Assembly: GCA_964511435.1 (NCBI GenBank)
Contig: CAZEFH010000005.1
Span: 1 to 55,589 of the forward strand
Length of the DNA: 55,589 bases
Origin: an uncultured Candidatus Saccharibacteria bacterium
Lineage (GTDB): Bacteria > Patescibacteriota > CPR2 > UBA1875 > CAIMLA01
Direction: 5' to 3'
The notes beneath the pieces were generated by a model. The model had not been told where the DNA came from. It made no database searches and saw nothing but the letters and a program-made list of their open reading frames with translations. A program made the position numbers and the translations under genes. Positions 36,539-44,188 of this stretch are shown piece after piece (the stretch's first letter is position 1; every line of letters begins with the position of its first letter).

Positions 36539-37033
36539 TTATACCAGCACTTTCAGCTCACCTTTCATCTTCGAGAGGTCATAAATGGCAAAAGTAGGTT
36601 TCCCGTCCCTAGCCTGGATTTCGCCCGGATTCAAGAGTACGGTTCGGCCAATTTTTTCCTCCCATGGCTTGTGGTTATGGCCGTAGAATACTACGTCGTA
36701 GCGGCCACTCTCAGCAAGCTTTTCCGCATATTTAGGGTAGTGGCAGTAGGCTAGCCTGGTTCCGCCGATCTGTAGTTCTCCATAATCAAGAGAAACTTCG
36801 ACATTTTCGGTCCAAATTAAACCTCGCTGGAGTTTTTCCCGAATACTATAGTCCGCGTTACCAAGCGCAAGACAGACTTTCTGGGGCCAAGAATCTAACT
36901 CCTGCAAGACTTCGGAATCCTGAACATCGCCGCAAACTATCACAATCTCCAGCTTTTCAGCATTAATTATCTCTTTTGCTCGCCCTAGATAGGCCATATT
37001 CCCATGAATATCCGCCATCACTGCTATCTTCAT
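36539..37033 (-). CDS. YfcE family metallophosphoesterase (start re-assigned to 37033)
   Basis: MKIAVMADIHGN, CGD, GNAD, YGHNH, LNPG. Confidence 0.9.
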   Translation of the reverse strand: MKIAVMADIHGNMAYLGRAKEIINAEKLEIVIVCGDVQDSEVLQELDSWPQKVCLALGNADYSIREKLQRGLIWTENVEVSLDYGELQIGGTRLAYCHYPKYAEKLAESGRYDVVFYGHNHKPWEEKIGRTVLLNPGEIQARDGKPTFAIYDLSKMKGELKVLV

Positions 37034-37047
37034 GTTAATATTGTAGT

Positions 37048-37779
37048 ATGAAACAAACCAAAATCGCGAATCTTCCAATATATAAATTCAGTATTTTCGA
37101 AAAAATCCCAGAAGTTGAAGCTGTTGTGACTACAAGACTTGGAGGCAAATCAAAAGGAAAATATTCCGAATTAAATCTTGGGCTCCATGTAGGTGATAAC
37201 CTAAATGATGTACTTGTTAATCGCAGCACCTTCGCAAATGCCATCGGGATTTCGGAAAATGACATTACTTGTGGGCAACAATCGCACTCTATTAATGTTC
37301 AACAAGTAGAGACTGACGAAATAGGAAGGGGCGCAAAAAGCTGGGAGAATGGCTTCCCTGAAACAGATGCATTAATTACTAGGACAGCTAATCTCCCCCT
37401 TGCTGTACTAACAGCCGACTGTGCAGGAGTATTCATTTACGACCCCGTGAATAAAGCGGTAGGGGTGGCACATTCTGGCCGCAAGGGTACTGAAGGGGAA
37501 ATTCTAACAAAGACTATCCAGAAAATGCATGACATTTATGGCACCTGCCCTGAGAATATAATTGCCGGTATTGGACCATGTATCTACCCATGCTGCTACG
37601 AGCTGAATTTGCCCAAAACAATTAAAGCACAGCTGCTTCAGGCCGGTGTGAAGCTAGAAAATATCGAGGAATCAGGTATTTGCACCAGTTGCAATAATGA
37701 TATTTTTTATTCCTACCGAGCTGATAAGAAGCAAACAGGGAGAATGATTAATCTAATAATGTTAAGGAGAGACAGTTGA
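37048..37779 (+). CDS. pgeF: PgeF/YfiH family peptidoglycan editing factor / nucleoside phosphorylase
   Basis: LNLGLHVGD, QSH, DALIT, TADC, AHSGRKG, CTSC, GRM. Confidence 0.9.
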   Translation: MKQTKIANLPIYKFSIFEKIPEVEAVVTTRLGGKSKGKYSELNLGLHVGDNLNDVLVNRSTFANAIGISENDITCGQQSHSINVQQVETDEIGRGAKSWENGFPETDALITRTANLPLAVLTADCAGVFIYDPVNKAVGVAHSGRKGTEGEILTKTIQKMHDIYGTCPENIIAGIGPCIYPCCYELNLPKTIKAQLLQAGVKLENIEESGICTSCNNDIFYSYRADKKQTGRMINLIMLRRDS

Positions 37780-38573
37780 AGTTATATTCATGGAATATTA
37801 ACGGCTTACGCGCTGCTATTACAAAGGGTGATTTTGAGAGGTTTATTAATGAATATCAACCCGATGTGCTATGTTTGCAGGAGACAAAGGCAAATAAAGA
37901 CCAAGTTGAAATTGACCTGCCAGCCTATGAAGAGTACTGGAACAGTGCGGTTCGCCCCGGGTATAGCGGTACTGCAATTTTCACCAAAGTACACCCCCTA
38001 CAAGTAACTACTGGCCTTCCGCTAGATATAGCAGAGAAGTATTTTCTTGTTCACGACGGTTATGGTGACCCGAAAGATGAAGGTCGTGTAATCAGTGCCG
38101 AATTTGATGATTTCTGGGTCGTAAACGTCTATACCCCAAACTCAAAGAGAGGTCTGGAGAGACTTGGCCTGCGACACAAACAGTGGGATCCCGCGATACT
38201 TGACTATATAAAGAAGCTTGAAGCCACCAAACCAGTATTACTTTGTGGAGACTTCAACGCTGCACACAAAGAGATTGACCTTGCTAACCCCAAGCAAAAT
38301 GAGAAGAATGCTGGATTTACTGCTGAAGAACGAGAGGGATTTGATAATCTTCTAGCTTCGGGGCTAGTTGATACCTTTAGGGACAGGCACCCGAATCAGA
38401 CCGGAGCCTACACTTGGTGGACTTGGAGAGCCAACGCTCGAGCGAGGAATATCGGTTGGCGTATAGATTACTGGCTTTGTAGTAAAAGTATTAATAATCG
38501 TATTAAAGCAGCTGAAATTCATCCAGATATAGTGGGGTCTGATCACTGCCCTGTGAGCATAGATATTAAATAA
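37776..38573 (+). CDS. xth: Exodeoxyribonuclease III
   Basis: SWNINGLRA, LQETK, GDFNAAH, YTWW, GWRIDY, GSDHCP. Confidence 0.97.
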   Translation: MKLYSWNINGLRAAITKGDFERFINEYQPDVLCLQETKANKDQVEIDLPAYEEYWNSAVRPGYSGTAIFTKVHPLQVTTGLPLDIAEKYFLVHDGYGDPKDEGRVISAEFDDFWVVNVYTPNSKRGLERLGLRHKQWDPAILDYIKKLEATKPVLLCGDFNAAHKEIDLANPKQNEKNAGFTAEEREGFDNLLASGLVDTFRDRHPNQTGAYTWWTWRANARARNIGWRIDYWLCSKSINNRIKAAEIHPDIVGSDHCPVSIDIK

Positions 38574-38582
38574 AGGACGAAT

Positions 38583-39260
38583 CTATACAGCTAAAGATTT
38601 CGGGGGATTAAGCTCTTCGACTGAGGTTGCTACGTGCTCTTGAGACACGGTAATAGTAATACTGTCGTCTTCAGGCTTTATTTGTGGCAGATCAATAATA
38701 ATTGGCTTTACCCCTGGAGCCTCTACTACATTACGCTTTTCTTCAAGATCTTGCTCGAATTTACCTCTGTTATCTAAATCATATACCTCTACTCTGAGCC
38801 CTGACTTGACATGATCGTCATTGATAATCTCAATATATGAACTAGCGGTCCTAACCCTGATTCGTGCGCCTACACGAAGTGGCACTTCTACGTTATGCTT
38901 CTCATTTTCTGACACTTCTCTTCCAGCCGTTTCTTCGTCTACAACAGGAGTAACTTTACTGTCCGTCTTTTCATGTTCAAAGATGTATTTAGTAAATTCA
39001 TCTTCTGGTAGCTCCAGTGCAAGCGGACGGCTAATATCGCATCCCCGATTCGCTAGCTCACTCAGCTGAAGTTCAATTGTCTCTTTTGGCAACAACTTGC
39101 CACTTTGATCATAAAGCTCCGAGACCAAATCCTTAATTATTTGTTTTTCAGATTCGTCTTTAAATAATTCACCACTATGTCCAGTTCCCTTCCCGAGTCC
39201 TATTTCAGTACCTGAAATAGCTAACGGCTCTCGCTCGAATTCGTTCTGCAAATCATTCAT
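38583..39260 (-). CDS. Hypothetical acidic protein
   Basis: 225-aa ORF with SD AAGGAG; no motif recognised. Confidence 0.7.
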   Translation of the reverse strand: MNDLQNEFEREPLAISGTEIGLGKGTGHSGELFKDESEKQIIKDLVSELYDQSGKLLPKETIELQLSELANRGCDISRPLALELPEDEFTKYIFEHEKTDSKVTPVVDEETAGREVSENEKHNVEVPLRVGARIRVRTASSYIEIINDDHVKSGLRVEVYDLDNRGKFEQDLEEKRNVVEAPGVKPIIIDLPQIKPEDDSITITVSQEHVATSVEELNPPKSLAV

Positions 39261-39293
39261 CGCACTTTCTCCTTAGTTGTAAGTATAACAAAA

Positions 39294-39316
39294 TAGAGGC
39301 CAAAAGGCCTCTATTT
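39294..39316 (-). terminator. Terminator after pnp
   Basis: AATAGAGGCC-aaaa-GGCCTCTATT. Confidence 0.75.
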
Positions 39317-39335
39317 AACTAGCTTAGTTAGAAAA

Positions 39336-41444
39336 TTACTTTTCTTCTTTCGGTAGAGCTGCCTTCATCGACAGATTGTTGCGGCCCTGAGAGTCTATCT
39401 CAGTCAGCTTTACGGTCACAGCCTGGCCTTCTTTGAGAACGTCAGCCACCTTTTCGACACGTTCGTTACCAATCTGAGAAACGTGTACGAGACCTTCTTT
39501 GCCTGGCATAAACTCAACAAAAGCACCAAAGTCCATCAGTTTGACGACTTTGCCTTGGTAAATCTTACCTACCTCTGGCTCAGCCACAATTGATTTGATC
39601 CAGTTCACGGCCCTGTCAGCAGCTTCGCCATCAACCGCAGCCACAACGACTGTGCCATCATCTTCGATATCAATCTCTACACCCGTCTCAGCGATAATCT
39701 TGTTAATCATCTCGCCACCCTTACCAATAACTTCACGAATTTTGTCGGGGTTAATCTGGAAAGAGGTGAGACGAGGAGCATAAGGAGACATTTCTGCCTT
39801 TGGTGTCTTGATAGCAGCATCCATGACATCAAGGATTTCTAGTCTTGCCTTGACGGCTCGTTCAATTACTTCCTTAAGGAAGTTGATTGTGAGACCTTTA
39901 ACCTTAATATCCATTTGGATTGCAGTCACACCATTACGAGTACCAGCAAGTTTGAAGTCCATATCTCCTGCGAAGTCCTCGGCGCCCTGAATGTCGGTCA
40001 AGATTTCATATTTCTTTGAGAGATCACCATCGGTAGTCATCAGACCCATCGCAATACCTGCGACCGATGCCTTGATCGGGACACCGGCATCCATAAGTGC
40101 CAGTGATGAGCCACAAACAGAACCCATTGAGCTTGAACCGTTACAACTTAGGATCTCTGAGGCAATGCGAATAGTATATGGGAAATCCTTTTCGTCAGGC
40201 AGTACTGCTTCAAGGGCCTTTTCTGCTAAGAATCCGTGACCGATAGCCCTTCGCCCGGCACCGATACGGCCAGTTTCTCCATAGCTCGCTGGTGTATCGA
40301 TATAGTGGTGCATATACCGCTTATTAAAATCTTGATCCATAGACTCGACCATCTGAGCCTTGGAAGGGGAGGCAAGAGTTACGACTGAAAGGACTTGGGT
40401 CTGACCACGCTGGAAAAGTCCGGAACCATGAGTACGTGGCAGTAATCCAACTTCAGCTGATAGTGTACGTACTTCATCCATCGCACGATGGTCTGGTCGG
40501 TTACCGTCCTCCAGGATTGCACGACGTACCTCATTCTTAATAACTTTTTCGAAAGCTTCTGAGATTGCGGCGCCCTCAAATTGATCCTCAAACTCAACTT
40601 GTACTTCATCTTCAAGATCAGCTAGTAGAAGATTGCGGGCAATCTTGTCTTTGTGACGAATGCTGTCACCAAGTTTACCGGTGAGAAACTTCGAAACTGC
40701 AGCATAAGTGTCTTCATCAGGAAGCTGGAGTGAGTATTCCATCTCTTTCACGGAGAGTTCTTTAGCCATCTTCTTCTGAATCTCGATCGATGACTGCATC
40801 GCTTTATGAGCAAGCTCGAGCGCTTCAGTAATCGTAGCTTCTGGAATTTGATGAGCCTCACCCTCGATCATCGTAATTGCTTCCGCAGAACCTGCAACCA
40901 AGAGGTCGAGAGTACTCAGTTCTTCCTGTTCTTTTGTAGGATTAATAATCAGTTCTCCGTCTACCTGACCCACACGCACTGCAGCTAGTGGCCCCTCAAA
41001 AGGAGCACCGGTCAGCATGAGAGCTGCTGATGCAGCATTGAGACCCAGTACAGCTGGGTCGATAGTGTAGTCCAGTGATAATGGTGAAATAATAATCTGA
41101 ACTTCATTCAGATAACCCTTGGGAAACATAGGACGGATCGGACGGTCAATCATGCGCGATCGCAAAACAGCTAGCTCAGATGGGCGTCCTTCACGCTTGA
41201 TGAAGCGAGAGCCGCTAATCTTACCCGTAGCATACCATTTGTCCTGGAACTCAACAGAAAGAGGGAAGAAACTCTGTCCTTCTTTCACCTTTTTGCTAAT
41301 TACTACTGTAGCGAGTACAACTGAGTCGTTGTATTTCACCACCACGGCACCATCGGCAAGGAGGCCCATTTTGCCTACCTCGTATACCATCTTGGTACCA
41401 TTAAATTCGGTCTCAAATGCCGAAACCTTACCTTCAAAGTTCAT
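39336..41444 (-). CDS. pnp: Polyribonucleotide nucleotidyltransferase
   Basis: RMIDRPIRP, FQRGQTQ, GSSSMGSVC, DMDFK.AG, KH and S1 domains. Confidence 0.98.
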   Translation of the reverse strand: MNFEGKVSAFETEFNGTKMVYEVGKMGLLADGAVVVKYNDSVVLATVVISKKVKEGQSFFPLSVEFQDKWYATGKISGSRFIKREGRPSELAVLRSRMIDRPIRPMFPKGYLNEVQIIISPLSLDYTIDPAVLGLNAASAALMLTGAPFEGPLAAVRVGQVDGELIINPTKEQEELSTLDLLVAGSAEAITMIEGEAHQIPEATITEALELAHKAMQSSIEIQKKMAKELSVKEMEYSLQLPDEDTYAAVSKFLTGKLGDSIRHKDKIARNLLLADLEDEVQVEFEDQFEGAAISEAFEKVIKNEVRRAILEDGNRPDHRAMDEVRTLSAEVGLLPRTHGSGLFQRGQTQVLSVVTLASPSKAQMVESMDQDFNKRYMHHYIDTPASYGETGRIGAGRRAIGHGFLAEKALEAVLPDEKDFPYTIRIASEILSCNGSSSMGSVCGSSLALMDAGVPIKASVAGIAMGLMTTDGDLSKKYEILTDIQGAEDFAGDMDFKLAGTRNGVTAIQMDIKVKGLTINFLKEVIERAVKARLEILDVMDAAIKTPKAEMSPYAPRLTSFQINPDKIREVIGKGGEMINKIIAETGVEIDIEDDGTVVVAAVDGEAADRAVNWIKSIVAEPEVGKIYQGKVVKLMDFGAFVEFMPGKEGLVHVSQIGNERVEKVADVLKEGQAVTVKLTEIDSQGRNNLSMKAALPKEEK

Positions 41445-41490
41445 ATGAACTCCCTTCTACCCGTCCGTAGCCTTTGGCGCCGGAGGGTCT

Positions 41491-41545
41491 GAATAGGAGC
41501 CAGGGTAAGAAGGCACTGCTGTCTTCCTGTCTCTGATTCCTATTC
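41491..41545 (-). promoter_or_regulatory. Long irregular hairpin in pnp leader (candidate RNase III site)
   Basis: GAATAGGA/TCCTATTC outer stem with inner CAGGG/CTCTG and GAAGGCA/TGTCTTC. Confidence 0.5.
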
Positions 41546-41599
41546 ACTTTTACTTAATGTGCAAATTAACCCCGACCGAAGTCGGGGCAGATTTACATA

Positions 41600-41869
41600 T
41601 TATTTACGAAGACCAAGCTTCTTGATAACAGTGTCGTATGCTTCTTTGTTCTTCTTCGACAGATAGTCGAGAAGACGACGACGCTTACCTACCATTTTTA
41701 GTAGTCCACGGCGACTATGCTCATCCTTTTTATGAGTCTTCAGATGCTCAGTGAGCTGTTTAATTTTCTCGGTAAAAATCGCAACCTGAACCTCTGGAGA
41801 ACCAGTGTCCTTATCGCTTCGTCCGATTTCTTTGACGATCTTCGCCTTTTCATCTTTTTGGATTGCCAT
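41600..41869 (-). CDS. rpsO: 30S ribosomal protein S15
   Basis: [35 protein letters not shown]. Confidence 0.98.
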   Translation of the reverse strand: MAIQKDEKAKIVKEIGRSDKDTGSPEVQVAIFTEKIKQLTEHLKTHKKDEHSRRGLLKMVGKRRRLLDYLSKKNKEAYDTVIKKLGLRK

Positions 41870-41960
41870 TGCATCCCTTTCTTGCCCGTCCCGAAGTTGT
41901 ATACCTCTAGGAGGGTGTTAATATTTGATGTCTATATTATACTCGATTTGGGTAAATTTT

Positions 41961-42635
41961 TCAACCTTCAAGGCTATTTACGGCTTCCTCAACTGTAATG
42001 GCATTTTCAATATTATATTCGCCAATCTGAGTACGGCGTAATTCAGTCAAGTACGCACCGGTACCGAGTGCTTTCCCCATGTCTTCACCCAGAGTCCGAA
42101 TATATGTCCCGGAAGAACATTTGACTCGAATTTTCAGTTCTGGAAAATCGTAATCTATTACATTTAATTCATAAATAGTGACTTTTCTGGGCTTTAGCGC
42201 AACTTCTTTACCTTCGCGGGCGAGCTTGTACGCTCGCTTGCCGTCCACCTTCATGGCAGAGTAGATTGGTGGTGTTTGTGAAATTTCGCCGATAAAGCTT
42301 TGCAAAATATGGTCAATTTTCTCTTCTGCTGGTTGTTGATAGTTAGTTGTTGACTGATTTATCTCTCCTTCCGGGTCCCCAGTCGTACTCGTAAAACCAA
42401 GCTTCAAAGTGGCCTCATATTCCTTGTCCTGTTTCATAAATTCGTCTTGTCTCTTCGTGGCGTCTTTCCCAACAAGCACAATGAGTAGGCCTGTTGCAAA
42501 GGGGTCAAGTGTTCCAGCATGACCAACCTTAGTATTTCTGTCACCAGTAACTTTTCTAGCGGCACCACGAATCTTCGCCACCACATCAAATGATGTCCAT
42601 TCCGCCGGCTTATCTATAAGGAGTATATTATTCAT
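41961..42635 (-). CDS. truB: tRNA pseudouridine(55) synthase
   Basis: DKPAEWTSFDVV, GHAGTLDPFATG, PPIYSAMKVDG, SGTYIR. Confidence 0.97.
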   Translation of the reverse strand: MNNILLIDKPAEWTSFDVVAKIRGAARKVTGDRNTKVGHAGTLDPFATGLLIVLVGKDATKRQDEFMKQDKEYEATLKLGFTSTTGDPEGEINQSTTNYQQPAEEKIDHILQSFIGEISQTPPIYSAMKVDGKRAYKLAREGKEVALKPRKVTIYELNVIDYDFPELKIRVKCSSGTYIRTLGEDMGKALGTGAYLTELRRTQIGEYNIENAITVEEAVNSLEG

Positions 42636-42801
42636 AAATTCATTCTCTCATTATTGTTCAAACATGGCGAGGACTAAAGATTCAGGCCAGTATATTATAA
42701 ATGACCATAACAAACGAAAAGCGGCCCAGACGCAATTGCATCTTGGCCGCATGACCCTTTGGTGGCCCGGTCCTGTCACGGGTCCACCACCTACAGTGAG
42801 C

Positions 42802-43128
42802 CTACCTCGGGAGCCAGAACGCAAGTTCCTGAAGCAGTCGCTTCTTCGGCATCGCGCCGACGACCTTCTTGACGACTTTGCCATCGGCGAAAACCAGGAC
42901 GGTCGGTATCGACAAGATGTCGTACTTTCCGGCGATACCTGGCTCGAGGTCTACGTTCAGTCGCCCAATACTGAGATCGGGGTACTCCGTGGCAACTTCC
43001 CGCCACACCGTCTCCATCATACGGCACGGGCCGCACCAGGGTGCCCAGGTGTCGAGGACGAAGGGTTTCTCACGCGTGGCGGTCAATTCGTCGAAGTTGT
43101 CAGCCGTGACCTCCGTGATGCTATTCAT
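42802..43128 (-). CDS. trxA: Thioredoxin (start re-assigned to ATG 43128)
   Basis: WAPWCGPC, LNVD, SIPTV cis-Pro; SD GGGAGGT. Confidence 0.95.
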   Translation of the reverse strand: MNSITEVTADNFDELTATREKPFVLDTWAPWCGPCRMMETVWREVATEYPDLSIGRLNVDLEPGIAGKYDILSIPTVLVFADGKVVKKVVGAMPKKRLLQELAFWLPR

Positions 43129-43168
43129 GCAGTTCACCTCCCTCTTCTTACTGAGAGTTCATCGGTTG

Positions 43169-43297
43169 TCAGTACTCCTCGGGCTCGAAGCGCTCCTGCA
43201 GTTCTTGCCACTTCGCCACCAAGGTGCGCCAATGCGGCAGAACGAAGGCAACTGCGATGAGGCCGCAGACAATCCACGGTGTCCAGCTAGTCTTCAT
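43169..43297 (-). CDS. 42-aa small membrane protein (below ORF-track cutoff)
   Basis: MKTSWTPWIVCGLIAVAFVLPHWRTLVAKWQELQERFEPEEY; start overlaps upstream ORF end. Confidence 0.65.
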   Translation of the reverse strand: MKTSWTPWIVCGLIAVAFVLPHWRTLVAKWQELQERFEPEEY

Positions 43298-43547
43298 CTG
43301 GTTCCACCGTCCTCCAGCAGAAGCCCTCGCTTCCACTGAATTCGTCGGATTTGCCCCGCTTGTCCTTGAGGTCCATCATGTCGGAGAAGACCTCAACGGT
43401 GGCGCCCGAAGGCACGCCAAGCTCGTCAGCGAGCCTCCGCAGTGAACCAGGACCATCGCTGTAAACGACGCCACCGTCAGTGAAGCACATTGCTTGTCGC
43501 ACGCCGTTAGCGAGTGTCGCTACCAGCCAGAACAACTTCGCCTGCAT
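43287..43547 (-). CDS. Hypothetical protein, 86 aa
   Basis: SD AAAGGAG; operon position; GC-rich codons. Confidence 0.7.
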   Translation of the reverse strand: MQAKLFWLVATLANGVRQAMCFTDGGVVYSDGPGSLRRLADELGVPSGATVEVFSDMMDLKDKRGKSDEFSGSEGFCWRTVEPDED

Positions 43548-43562
43548 GACCCGCTCCTTTCA

Positions 43563-43814
43563 CTACTCGGTGAGACCTACGTAGGCCCACCTGCCATAGT
43601 CTCCGAAGAACTTCCAGCGGCCGTCAGACAGCCGGATAGGAGCCCTCGGCGACACGTTGTAGAACGAGTACATACCGGTCTCGGTAAAGAAGGTTATGGT
43701 ACCCTTCCCCATGTAGTCCACCCTGACATCGACGATGGTACCACGGTACCGCAACCGATTCTCAAAGGTGTACAACTGGAGACCGGTGAAGCCTTTCTTC
43801 TTGATTGCCTTCAA
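43563..43814 (-). CDS. Hypothetical beta-rich protein, 83 aa (TTG start)
   Basis: SD GAGGAGG; operon position. Confidence 0.7.
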   Translation of the reverse strand: MKAIKKKGFTGLQLYTFENRLRYRGTIVDVRVDYMGKGTITFFTETGMYSFYNVSPRAPIRLSDGRWKFFGDYGRWAYVGLTE

Positions 43815-43839
43815 CTCGGCCTCCTCTCACTGTGCGTAG

Positions 43840-44085
43840 CTACTGCTCCTTGATCGTGCTGACGCAGTCGGCGCAGACCGGGCGGTTCTTGATCTTCGTG
43901 GTCTCGACGTCCGTAGCACCACAGATGGCACACGAATCCTTGTGTTTCGTGAGGATGATGCGCTCGCCTTCGACGAAGATGGCAACCGGGTCCTTGACGT
44001 TGATGCCAAGGGTCCGGCGCAGCTCCATCGGGATGACGATCCGACCGAGGTCGTCGACACGACGAACGATTCCTGTATCATGCAT
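43840..44085 (-). CDS. abrB: AbrB/Abh-family transition-state regulator with C-terminal Zn ribbon (start re-assigned to 44085)
   Basis: DTGIVRRVDDLGRIVIPMELRRTLGI closely matches Bacillus AbrB N-domain; CAIC...CADC; SD AAGGAG. Confidence 0.9.
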   Translation of the reverse strand: MHDTGIVRRVDDLGRIVIPMELRRTLGINVKDPVAIFVEGERIILTKHKDSCAICGATDVETTKIKNRPVCADCVSTIKEQ

Positions 44086-44188
44086 GTAGCATTCTCCTTC
44101 GGTATCCCAGTTGTGACGGTACATTTTGCCGGTTCATCTTGAACTGACATATAGGGCCTGAGCTTCAGGCTCGCTATCTCACTTCAAG

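Noticed and set aside
42664-43339. Long plus-strand ORFs (198 aa, 156 aa) over the trxA region, and other antisense ORFs in the track
   Set aside because: Shadow frames opposite well-supported genes, favoured by high GC; no SD or domain signal.
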